Shown here piece after piece: positions 21,965 to 32,000 of a stretch of 32,000 nucleotides of DNA. The position numbers and the translations under genes are program-made. Below the pieces are notes generated by a model. It searched no databases. It saw only the letters and a program-made list of their open reading frames with translations, and had not been told where the DNA came from. The stretch is from Mycobacterium tuberculosis H37Rv. GTDB taxonomy: Bacteria > Actinomycetota > Actinomycetes > Mycobacteriales > Mycobacteriaceae. Within the stretch, counting starts at the first letter, position 1. Every line of letters starts with the position of its first letter. The stretch spans positions 2,460,001-2,492,000 of the forward strand of contig NC_000962.3 in the NCBI RefSeq assembly GCF_000195955.2, written 5' to 3'.

Positions 21965-23626
21965 ATGGCCTTCTCCGTCCAGATGCCGGCACTCGGTGAG
22001 AGCGTCACCGAGGGGACGGTTACCCGCTGGCTCAAACAGGAAGGCGACACGGTCGAACTCGACGAGCCCCTCGTGGAGGTGTCGACCGACAAGGTCGACA
22101 CCGAAATCCCCTCGCCGGCCGCGGGTGTGCTGACCAAGATCATCGCCCAGGAGGATGACACGGTCGAGGTCGGCGGCGAGCTCGCTGTCATTGGCGACGC
22201 CAAGGATGCCGGCGAGGCCGCGGCCCCGGCACCCGAGAAAGTCCCTGCGGCCCAACCCGAGTCCAAGCCGGCACCCGAACCACCACCGGTCCAACCGACG
22301 TCCGGAGCGCCTGCTGGTGGCGATGCCAAGCCGGTGCTGATGCCCGAGCTCGGCGAATCGGTGACCGAGGGGACCGTCATTCGTTGGCTGAAGAAGATCG
22401 GGGATTCGGTTCAGGTTGACGAGCCACTCGTGGAGGTGTCCACCGACAAGGTGGACACCGAGATCCCGTCCCCGGTGGCTGGGGTCTTGGTCAGTATCAG
22501 CGCCGACGAGGACGCCACGGTGCCCGTCGGCGGCGAGTTGGCCCGGATCGGTGTCGCTGCCGACATCGGCGCCGCGCCCGCCCCCAAGCCCGCACCCAAG
22601 CCCGTCCCCGAGCCAGCGCCGACGCCGAAGGCCGAACCCGCACCATCGCCGCCGGCGGCCCAGCCAGCCGGTGCGGCCGAGGGCGCACCGTACGTGACGC
22701 CGCTGGTGCGAAAGCTGGCGTCGGAAAACAACATCGACCTCGCCGGGGTGACCGGCACCGGAGTGGGTGGTCGCATCCGCAAACAGGATGTGCTGGCCGC
22801 GGCTGAGCAAAAGAAGCGGGCGAAAGCACCGGCGCCGGCCGCCCAGGCCGCCGCCGCGCCGGCCCCGAAAGCGCCGCCTGCCCCTGCGCCGGCGTTGGCA
22901 CATCTACGGGGCACCACCCAGAAGGCCAGCCGGATTCGTCAGATCACCGCCAACAAGACCCGCGAATCTTTGCAGGCAACGGCACAGCTGACACAAACCC
23001 ATGAGGTCGACATGACCAAGATCGTGGGGCTACGGGCCCGGGCCAAGGCGGCGTTCGCCGAGCGTGAGGGCGTGAACCTGACCTTCCTGCCGTTCTTCGC
23101 CAAGGCCGTGATCGATGCCCTCAAGATTCACCCGAACATCAACGCTAGCTACAACGAGGACACCAAGGAGATCACCTACTACGACGCCGAGCACCTAGGA
23201 TTCGCTGTCGACACCGAGCAGGGCCTGCTCTCCCCGGTCATCCACGACGCCGGCGATCTGTCACTGGCCGGTCTGGCGCGGGCGATCGCCGATATCGCGG
23301 CCCGTGCCCGGTCGGGCAACCTGAAACCCGACGAGTTGTCCGGCGGCACCTTCACCATCACCAACATCGGTAGCCAGGGCGCGTTGTTCGACACCCCGAT
23401 CCTGGTTCCGCCGCAGGCCGCCATGCTGGGCACCGGGGCGATCGTCAAGCGGCCGCGGGTGGTCGTCGATGCCAGCGGCAACGAGTCGATCGGGGTGCGC
23501 TCGGTCTGCTACCTCCCGTTGACCTATGACCATCGGCTCATCGACGGCGCCGACGCCGGACGTTTCCTCACCACGATCAAGCACCGCCTCGAAGAGGGAG
23601 CGTTCGAGGCCGATTTAGGACTGTGA
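21965..23626 (+). CDS. dlaT: Dihydrolipoamide acyltransferase, E2 component with two lipoyl domains (553 aa)
   Basis: Two lipoyl domains each with [14 protein letters not shown], a peripheral subunit-binding domain ([16 protein letters not shown]), and a catalytic domain ([17 protein letters not shown]). Confidence 0.96.
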
Positions 23627-24531
23627 TGGCCAACGCCGTTGTCGCGATCGCGGGTTCGTCTGGCTTGATCGGCTCTGCCCTGACCGCGGCGCTGCGCGCG
23701 GCCGACCACACGGTGCTGCGGATCGTGCGCCGGGCACCTGCGAATTCCGAAGAACTGCACTGGAATCCCGAAAGCGGCGAATTCGATCCGCACGCGCTCA
23801 CCGATGTCGACGCCGTGGTCAACCTCTGCGGCGTCAACATCGCCCAGCGTCGGTGGTCGGGGGCTTTCAAACAGAGCCTGCGCGACAGCCGGATCACACC
23901 CACCGAGGTGCTATCCGCCGCAGTCGCCGACGCCGGCGTCGCTACCTTGATCAACGCCAGCGCGGTGGGCTACTACGGAAACACCAAGGACCGGGTGGTC
24001 GACGAAAACGACTCGGCGGGAACAGGTTTTCTGGCCCAGCTGTGCGTTGACTGGGAAACCGCCACGCGGCCGGCGCAGCAGAGCGGTGCCCGCGTGGTGC
24101 TGGCCCGGACCGGAGTGGTGCTGTCTCCGGCGGGGGGCATGCTGCGACGCATGCGGCCACTGTTTTCGGTGGGCCTGGGCGCGCGGCTGGGCAGCGGCCG
24201 GCAATATATGTCATGGATCAGCCTGGAGGACGAGGTGCGGGCGCTGCAGTTCGCTATCGCGCAGCCCAACCTGTCCGGCCCGGTGAACTTGACCGGGCCG
24301 GCCCCCGTTACCAACGCCGAATTCACCACCGCGTTTGGCCGCGCCGTCAACCGCCCTACCCCGCTGATGTTGCCTAGCGTCGCGGTACGCGCGGCGTTTG
24401 GTGAGTTCGCCGACGAGGGGTTGCTCATTGGTCAGCGCGCCATCCCCTCCGCGCTGGAGCGAGCCGGATTTCAGTTCCACCACAACACCATTGGCGAGGC
24501 GCTCGGCTACGCCACCACCCGGCCCGGCTAG
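23626..24531 (+). CDS. NAD-dependent epimerase/dehydratase family protein (YfcH/SDR39U1-type, Rv2216-like, 301 aa)
   Basis: [53 protein letters not shown]. Start overlaps the dlaT stop. Confidence 0.93.
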
Positions 24532-24583
24532 GCTTGACCCCGTCTGCCCAGCCGTGCGCTGGCGGCCGAGTAGCCTAGCTATC

Positions 24584-25276
24584 GTGACGGGTTCTATCCG
24601 GTCGAAGCTGTCCGCGATCGACGTCCGCCAGCTGGGGACCGTCGACTACCGGACCGCGTGGCAGCTACAGCGAGAGCTAGCCGACGCCCGGGTCGCCGGC
24701 GGCGCCGACACGCTGCTGCTGTTGGAACACCCCGCGGTCTACACCGCCGGACGGCGTACCGAGACACACGAGCGACCCATTGACGGCACTCCGGTCGTCG
24801 ACACCGACCGCGGCGGCAAGATCACCTGGCACGGTCCGGGGCAATTGGTCGGCTACCCGATCATCGGGCTGGCCGAACCCCTCGACGTGGTCAATTACGT
24901 TCGGCGCCTTGAAGAATCGCTGATCCAAGTCTGCGCCGATCTGGGCCTGCACGCCGGCCGCGTCGACGGCCGGTCCGGGGTCTGGCTGCCCGGCAGGCCG
25001 GCGCGCAAGGTCGCGGCCATCGGTGTCCGGGTGTCGCGGGCGACGACACTGCACGGGTTTGCGCTCAACTGCGATTGTGATTTGGCTGCCTTCACCGCCA
25101 TCGTGCCATGCGGAATCAGTGACGCCGCAGTGACATCGCTGTCCGCCGAACTCGGCCGTACGGTCACCGTCGACGAGGTCCGCGCGACGGTCGCCGCCGC
25201 TGTCTGCGCCGCTCTGGACGGCGTCCTACCGGTCGGTGACCGCGTGCCCTCACACGCCGTACCATCGCCGTTATGA
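24584..25276 (+). CDS. lipB: Octanoyl-[acyl-carrier-protein] transferase, lipoate biosynthesis (230 aa)
   Basis: [55 protein letters not shown] start. Confidence 0.95.
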   Translation: MTGSIRSKLSAIDVRQLGTVDYRTAWQLQRELADARVAGGADTLLLLEHPAVYTAGRRTETHERPIDGTPVVDTDRGGKITWHGPGQLVGYPIIGLAEPLDVVNYVRRLEESLIQVCADLGLHAGRVDGRSGVWLPGRPARKVAAIGVRVSRATTLHGFALNCDCDLAAFTAIVPCGISDAAVTSLSAELGRTVTVDEVRATVAAAVCAALDGVLPVGDRVPSHAVPSPL

Positions 25277-26208
25277 GTGTCGCTGCCGAGGGCCGGCGCC
25301 TGTTACGCCTGGAGGTGCGCAACGCGCAGACCCCAATCGAGCGCAAACCGCCGTGGATCAAGACACGAGCCCGCATCGGGCCGGAGTACACCGAGCTGAA
25401 GAACCTGGTCCGCCGCGAGGGGCTGCACACGGTCTGCGAGGAGGCCGGCTGCCCCAACATCTTCGAATGCTGGGAGGACCGAGAAGCCACCTTCCTGATC
25501 GGCGGTGACCAGTGCACCCGCCGATGCGATTTCTGCCAGATCGACACCGGAAAGCCCGCCGAGCTGGACCGCGACGAGCCACGCCGAGTCGCCGACAGCG
25601 TGCGCACGATGGGCCTGCGCTATGCCACCGTCACCGGCGTGGCTCGCGACGACCTGCCTGACGGCGGGGCCTGGCTGTACGCCGCGACCGTGCGCGCCAT
25701 CAAGGAACTCAATCCGTCGACCGGCGTCGAACTGCTGATTCCCGACTTCAACGGCGAACCAACCCGGCTGGCCGAGGTCTTCGAGTCCGGCCCGGAAGTC
25801 CTGGCACACAATGTCGAAACCGTGCCCCGTATCTTCAAGCGGATCCGGCCGGCGTTCACGTACCGGCGCAGCCTGGGTGTGCTTACCGCTGCGCGCGACG
25901 CCGGCCTGGTCACCAAGAGCAACCTCATCCTCGGCCTGGGCGAAACCTCCGACGAGGTGCGCACCGCCCTGGGCGATCTGCGCGACGCCGGCTGCGACAT
26001 CGTTACCATCACCCAATACCTGCGGCCGTCGGCGCGCCACCATCCGGTCGAGCGCTGGGTGAAGCCCGAGGAGTTCGTCCAGTTCGCGCGATTCGCCGAA
26101 GGGCTGGGCTTCGCCGGGGTATTGGCGGGACCCCTGGTTAGGTCGTCATATCGGGCGGGCCGGCTCTACGAACAGGCACGTAACTCACGGGCCTTGGCAT
26201 CCCGCTAG
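25273..26208 (+). CDS. lipA: Lipoyl synthase, radical SAM (311 aa)
   Basis: [13 protein letters not shown] and radical [13 protein letters not shown] motifs; ATGA overlap with lipB. Confidence 0.96.
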   Translation: MSVAAEGRRLLRLEVRNAQTPIERKPPWIKTRARIGPEYTELKNLVRREGLHTVCEEAGCPNIFECWEDREATFLIGGDQCTRRCDFCQIDTGKPAELDRDEPRRVADSVRTMGLRYATVTGVARDDLPDGGAWLYAATVRAIKELNPSTGVELLIPDFNGEPTRLAEVFESGPEVLAHNVETVPRIFKRIRPAFTYRRSLGVLTAARDAGLVTKSNLILGLGETSDEVRTALGDLRDAGCDIVTITQYLRPSARHHPVERWVKPEEFVQFARFAEGLGFAGVLAGPLVRSSYRAGRLYEQARNSRALASR

Positions 26209-26234
26209 CCAGCGTTTACGTATTCTGGACGATT

Positions 26235-26987
26235 ATGGCGAAACCCCGAAATGCCGCTGAAAGCAAGGCCGCCAAAGCTCAGGCAAACGCTGCTCGTAAG
26301 GCTGCCGCCCGCCAGCGCCGCGCTCAGCTGTGGCAAGCGTTCACCCTGCAGCGCAAGGAGGATAAGCGCCTGCTGCCGTACATGATTGGTGCTTTCTTGC
26401 TGATCGTGGGCGCATCGGTGGGGGTCGGGGTGTGGGCTGGCGGGTTCACCATGTTCACGATGATCCCGCTGGGGGTGCTGCTGGGTGCACTGGTGGCGTT
26501 CGTCATCTTCGGCCGGCGAGCCCAGCGAACGGTTTACCGCAAAGCCGAAGGCCAAACCGGCGCAGCCGCCTGGGCGCTGGACAACCTGCGGGGCAAGTGG
26601 CGGGTGACGCCCGGGGTGGCCGCCACCGGCAACCTCGACGCCGTGCACCGGGTGATCGGCCGGCCCGGTGTCATCTTCGTCGGCGAGGGATCAGCGGCCC
26701 GCGTCAAACCACTGCTGGCTCAGGAGAAAAAGCGCACCGCGCGACTGGTCGGGGACGTGCCGATCTACGACATTATCGTCGGCAACGGCGATGGCGAGGT
26801 TCCGCTGGCCAAGTTGGAGCGCCACCTCACCCGCCTTCCGGCCAACATCACGGTCAAGCAGATGGACACGGTGGAGTCGCGACTGGCGGCGCTGGGTTCG
26901 CGTGCCGGTGCGGGCGTCATGCCCAAGGGACCGCTACCCACCACGGCCAAGATGCGCAGCGTCCAGCGCACGGTCCGCCGTAAGTAA
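26235..26987 (+). CDS. Conserved membrane protein (DUF4191-like, Rv2219, 250 aa)
   Basis: Basic N-terminus, two TM segments (LLPYMIGAFLLIVGASVGVGVWAGG / FTMFTMIPLGVLLGALVAFVIFG), then a soluble domain. Confidence 0.9.
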   Translation: MAKPRNAAESKAAKAQANAARKAAARQRRAQLWQAFTLQRKEDKRLLPYMIGAFLLIVGASVGVGVWAGGFTMFTMIPLGVLLGALVAFVIFGRRAQRTVYRKAEGQTGAAAWALDNLRGKWRVTPGVAATGNLDAVHRVIGRPGVIFVGEGSAARVKPLLAQEKKRTARLVGDVPIYDIIVGNGDGEVPLAKLERHLTRLPANITVKQMDTVESRLAALGSRAGAGVMPKGPLPTTAKMRSVQRTVRRK

Positions 26988-26993
26988 CGCGGC

Positions 26994-27416
26994 TCAGCGT
27001 CGCACCACCGCCGTAGCAGTGAGCCGATCGTGCAGCCCACGCCCGTCCGAGTCGGTGAACAGCGGCGGAACCACCAGCCCGATCAGCAGGCCACGCACCA
27101 CCAGACGGCCGATCCCCACCGGCCGCCGGCCACCCACTGCCACCACGACCAGACCCAGCATCAACTGCCCGGGTGTGAATCCGAACAAGCGGACCGCCGC
27201 CACCCCGAGCAGCAGCCAAATCACCAGGACAACCGTCGACAGCATCGGGGTCGACCAAACACCGAATTCCACGCCCAGCAACGCCAGACCGTAGGCGATC
27301 AGCCAGTCGATCAGCAGAGCCGCCAGCCGGCGCCCCATCGGAGCCAGCGAACCCGGTCCGGTGTCCGGCAAGCCCAGCGTCTTGCCGGGATAGTCGGGCG
27401 GCGATTTCGCCGTCAT
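26994..27416 (-). CDS. RDD family membrane protein (Rv2219A-like, about 140 aa)
   Basis: LAALLIDWLIAYGLALLGV, FGFTPGQLMLGLVVVAVGGRRPVGIGRLVVRGLLIGLVVPPL, typical of RDD proteins. Start placed at MTAKSPPDYPG. Confidence 0.85.
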   Translation of the reverse strand: MTAKSPPDYPGKTLGLPDTGPGSLAPMGRRLAALLIDWLIAYGLALLGVEFGVWSTPMLSTVVLVIWLLLGVAAVRLFGFTPGQLMLGLVVVAVGGRRPVGIGRLVVRGLLIGLVVPPLFTDSDGRGLHDRLTATAVVRR

Positions 27417-27553
27417 CGGGCAGACCCGATAACCAGGTTCCCGTTCGGCATGCCACCGGTTACGATCTTGCCGACCATGGCCCCACAATAGGGCCGGGGA
27501 GACCCGGCGTCAGTGGTGGGCGGCACGGTCAGTAACGTCTGCGCAACACGGGG

Positions 27554-27583
27554 TTGACTGACGGGCAATATCGGCTCCATAGC
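27554..27583 (+). promoter_or_regulatory. Candidate promoter for glnA1 (TTGACT -35-like, 18-nt spacer, CATAGC -10-like)
   Basis: Hexamers TTGACT at 27554-27559 and CATAGC at 27578-27583, upstream of the AAAGGAG Shine-Dalgarno and the GTG start at 27615. Confidence 0.35.
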
Positions 27584-27614
27584 GTCGGCCGCGGATACAG
27601 TAAAGGAGCATTCT

Positions 27615-29051
<1,437 letters not shown>

Positions 29052-29368
29052 GGACTCTTCGCAGTCCGGGTGTAGAGGGAGCGGCGTGTCGTTGCCAGGG
29101 CGGGCGTCGAGGTTTTTCGATGGGTGACGGTGGCCGGCAACGGCGCGCCGACCACCGCTGCGAAGAGCCCGTTTAAGAACGTTCAAGGACGTTTCAGCCG
29201 GGTGCCACAACCCGCTTGGCAATCATCTCCCGACCGCCGAGCGGGTTGTCTTTCACATGCGCCGAAACTCAAGCCACGTCGTCGCCCAGGCGTGTCGTCG
29301 CGGCCGGTTCAGGTTAAGTGTCGGGGATTCGTCGTGCGGGCGGGCGTCCACGCTGACCAACGGGGCAG

Positions 29369-32000
29369 TCAACTCCCGAACACTTTGCGCACTACCGCCT
29401 TTGCCCGCCGCGTCACCCGTAGGTAGTTGTCCAGGAATTCCCCACCGTCGTCGTTTCGCCAGCCGGCCGCGACCGCGACCGCATTGAGCTGGCGCCCGGG
29501 TCCCGGCAGCTGGTCGGTGGGCTTGCCGCGCACCAACACCAGCGCGTTGCGGGCCCGGGTGGCGGTCAGCCAGGCCTGACGGAGCAGCTCCACGTCGGCT
29601 GCGGGAACCAGATCGGCGGCCGCGATGACATCCAGGGATTGCAGCGTCGAGGTGTTGTGCAGGGCGGGAACCTGGTGCGCATGCTGTAGCTGCAGCAACT
29701 GCACGGTCCATTCGATGTCGGCCAGTCCGCCGCGGCCCAGTTTGGTGTGTGTGTTGGGGTCGGCACCGCGCGGCAACCGCTCGGACTCGATACGGGCCTT
29801 GATGCGGCGAATCTCGCGCACCGAGTCAGCGGACACACCGTCGGGCGGATACCGCGTTTTGTCGACCATCCGTAGGAATCGCTGACCCAACTCGGCATCG
29901 CCGGCAACCGCGTGTGCGCGTAGCAGGGCCTGGATCTCCCATGGCTGTGCCCACTGCTCGTAGTATGCGGCGTAGGACCCCAGGGTGCGGACCAGCGGAC
30001 CGTTGCGGCCCTCGGGTCGCAAATTGGCGTCGAGCTCCAGCGGCGGATCGACGCTGGGTGTCCCCAGCAGCGCCCGAACCCGCTCGGCGATCGATGTCGA
30101 CCATTTCACCGCCCGTGCATCGTCGACGCCGGTGGCCGGCTCACAGACGAACATCACGTCGGCATCCGACCCGTAGCCCAACTCGGCACCACCCAGCCGA
30201 CCCATGCCGATGACCGCGATGGCCGCCGGGGCGCGATCGTCGTCGGGAAGGCTGGCCCGGATCATGACGTCCAGCGCGGCCTGCAGCACCGCCACCCACA
30301 CCGACGTCAACGCCCGGCACACCTCGGTGACCTCGAGCAGGCCGAGCAGGTCCGCCGAACCGATGCGGGCCAGCTCTCGACGACGCAGCGTGCGCGCGCC
30401 GGCGATGGCCCGCTCCGGGTCGGGGTAGCGGCTCGCCGAGGCGATCAGCGCCCGAGCCACGGCGGCGGGCTCGGTCTCGAGCAGCTTCGGGCCCGCAGGC
30501 CCGTCCTCGTACTGCTGGATGACCCGCGGCGCGCGCATCAACAGATCCGGCACATACGCCGAGGTACCCAAGACATGCATGAGCCGCTTGGCCACCGCGG
30601 GCTTGTCCCGCAGCGTGGCCAGGTACCAGCTTTCGGTGGCCAGCGCCTCACTGAGCCGCCGGTAGGCCAGCAGTCCGCCGTCGGGATCGGGGGCATACGA
30701 CATCCAGTCCAGCAGCCTGGGCAGCAGCACCGACTGCACCCGTCCGCGCCGGCCGCTTTGATTGACCAACGCCGACATGTGTTTCAACGCGGTCTGCGGT
30801 CCCTCGTAGCCCAGCGCGGCCAGCCGGCGCCCCGCGGCCTCCAACGTCATGCCGTGGGCGATCTCCAACCCGGTCGGGCCGATCGATTCCAGCAGCGGTT
30901 GATAGAAGAGTTTGGTGTGTAACTTCGACACCCGCACGTTCTGCTTCTTGAGTTCCTCCCGCAGCACCCCGGCCGCATCGTTTCGGCCATCGGGCCGGAT
31001 GTGGGCCGCGCGCGCCAGCCAGCGCACTGCCTCCTCGTCTTCGGGATCGGGAAGCAGGTGGGTGCGCTTGAGCCGCTGCAACTGCAGTCGGTGCTCGAGC
31101 AGCCTGAGGAACTCATACGACGCGGTCATGTTCGCCGCGTCCTCACGCCCGATGTAGCCGCCTTCGCCCAACGCCGCCAATGCGTCCACCGTGGACGCCA
31201 CCCGTAACGACTCGTCGCTACGGGCATGAACCAGCTGCAGTAGCTGTACGGCGAACTCCACGTCGCGCAATCCGCCGCTGCCGAGTTTGAGCTCGCGGCC
31301 GCGGACATCGGCGGGCACCAGCTGCTCCACCCGCCGCCGCATGGCCTGCACCTCGACCACAAAGTCTTCGCGCTCGCAGGCTCGCCACACCATCGGCATC
31401 AAGGCGGTCAGGTAACGCTCGCCAAGTTCCGCGTCGCCAACGACTGGCCGTGCTTTCAGCAACGCCTGAAACTCCCAGGTCTTGGCCCAGCGCTGGTAGT
31501 AGGCGATGTGCGACTCGAGCGTACGGACCAGCTCCCCGTTGCGCCCCTCCGGACGCAGGGCGGCGTCCACCTCGAAAAAGGCCGCCGAGGCCACCCGCAT
31601 CATCTCGCTGGCCACGCGCGCGTTGCGCGGGTCGGAGCGCTCGGCAACGAATATGACATCGACGTCGCTGACGTAGTTCAGTTCGCGCGCACCGCACTTG
31701 CCCATCGCGATGACCGCCAGGCGCGGTGGCGGGTGCTCGCCGCACACGCTCGCCTCGGCCACGCGCAGCGCCGCCGCCAGAGCGGCGTCCGCGGCGTCCG
31801 CCAGGCGTGCGGCCACCACGGTGAATGGCAGCACCGGTTCGTCCTCGACCGTCGCGGCCAGGTCGAGAGCGGCCAGCATTAGCACGTAGTCGCGGTACTG
31901 GGTTCGCAATCGGTGCACGAGCGAGCCCGGCATACCCTCCGATTCCTCGACGCACTCGACGAACGACCGCTGCAGCTGGTCATGGGACGGCAGTGTGACC
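29369..32000 (-). CDS. glnE: Glutamine-synthetase adenylyltransferase (bifunctional GlnE), 5' end beyond the window
   Basis: Stop TGA at 29371-29369 (minus strand). Two nucleotidyltransferase modules ([19 protein letters not shown] and [19 protein letters not shown]), [13 protein letters not shown] / [12 protein letters not shown]. Frame stays open to the window end. Confidence 0.95.
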   Translation of the reverse strand, partial: VTLPSHDQLQRSFVECVEESEGMPGSLVHRLRTQYRDYVLMLAALDLAATVEDEPVLPFTVVAARLADAADAALAAALRVAEASVCGEHPPPRLAVIAMGKCGARELNYVSDVDVIFVAERSDPRNARVASEMMRVASAAFFEVDAALRPEGRNGELVRTLESHIAYYQRWAKTWEFQALLKARPVVGDAELGERYLTALMPMVWRACEREDFVVEVQAMRRRVEQLVPADVRGRELKLGSGGLRDVEFAVQLLQLVHARSDESLRVASTVDALAALGEGGYIGREDAANMTASYEFLRLLEHRLQLQRLKRTHLLPDPEDEEAVRWLARAAHIRPDGRNDAAGVLREELKKQNVRVSKLHTKLFYQPLLESIGPTGLEIAHGMTLEAAGRRLAALGYEGPQTALKHMSALVNQSGRRGRVQSVLLPRLLDWMSYAPDPDGGLLAYRRLSEALATESWYLATLRDKPAVAKRLMHVLGTSAYVPDLLMRAPRVIQQYEDGPAGPKLLETEPAAVARALIASASRYPDPERAIAGARTLRRRELARIGSADLLGLLEVTEVCRALTSVWVAVLQAALDVMIRASLPDDDRAPAAIAVIGMGRLGGAELGYGSDADVMFVCEPATGVDDARAVKWSTSIAERVRALLGTPSVDPPLELDANLRPEGRNGPLVRTLGSYAAYYEQWAQPWEIQALLRAHAVAGDAELGQRFLRMVDKTRYPPDGVSADSVREIRRIKARIESERLPRGADPNTHTKLGRGGLADIEWTVQLLQLQHAHQVPALHNTSTLQSLDVIAAADLVPAADVELLRQAWLTATRARNALVLVRGKPTDQLPGPGRQLNAVAVAAGWRNDDGGEFLDNYLRVTRRAKAVVRKVFGS

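Noticed and set aside
29253-29711. 152-aa minus-strand ORF at the end of glnE
   Set aside because: Mostly overlaps the real glnE frame in another frame; no motif and no RBS support.

Overview
The whole window reads as an ordinary, densely coded core region of a Mycobacterium tuberculosis complex chromosome. Gene order and protein lengths match the H37Rv block Rv2196 (qcrB) to Rv2221c (glnE). From memory of that annotation (not computed here), the window offset is close to 2,460,000. I can support 26 protein-coding genes: respiratory chain (qcrB, ctaC, ctaF-like Rv2199c), mmpS3, asnB/ltsA-like, adoK, an A-type Fe-S carrier, glycerate kinase, cobT-cobS, an MFS-like transporter, ilvE, gcvT, a class III adenylyl cyclase, pepB, ephD, dlaT, an epimerase, lipB, lipA, glnA1 and glnE (truncated by the window edge). 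I see no tRNA, rRNA, CRISPR array, IS element or prophage, and no convincing undescribed multi-gene system. The most notable non-coding structures are: (1) three perfect 57-bp tandem repeats beginning at the qcrB stop codon (the ETR-B / VNTR 2461 position), each containing a perfect 9-bp-stem hairpin; (2) a perfect 20-bp inverted repeat between convergent asnB and adoK; (3) a TGTCCCC-N6-GGGGACA inverted repeat upstream of Rv2209; (4) -10-like hexamers 7-8 nt before GTG starts (asnB, gcvT internal start, pepB, lipB), suggesting leaderless transcripts. Most other long ORFs in the track are high-GC shadow ORFs.
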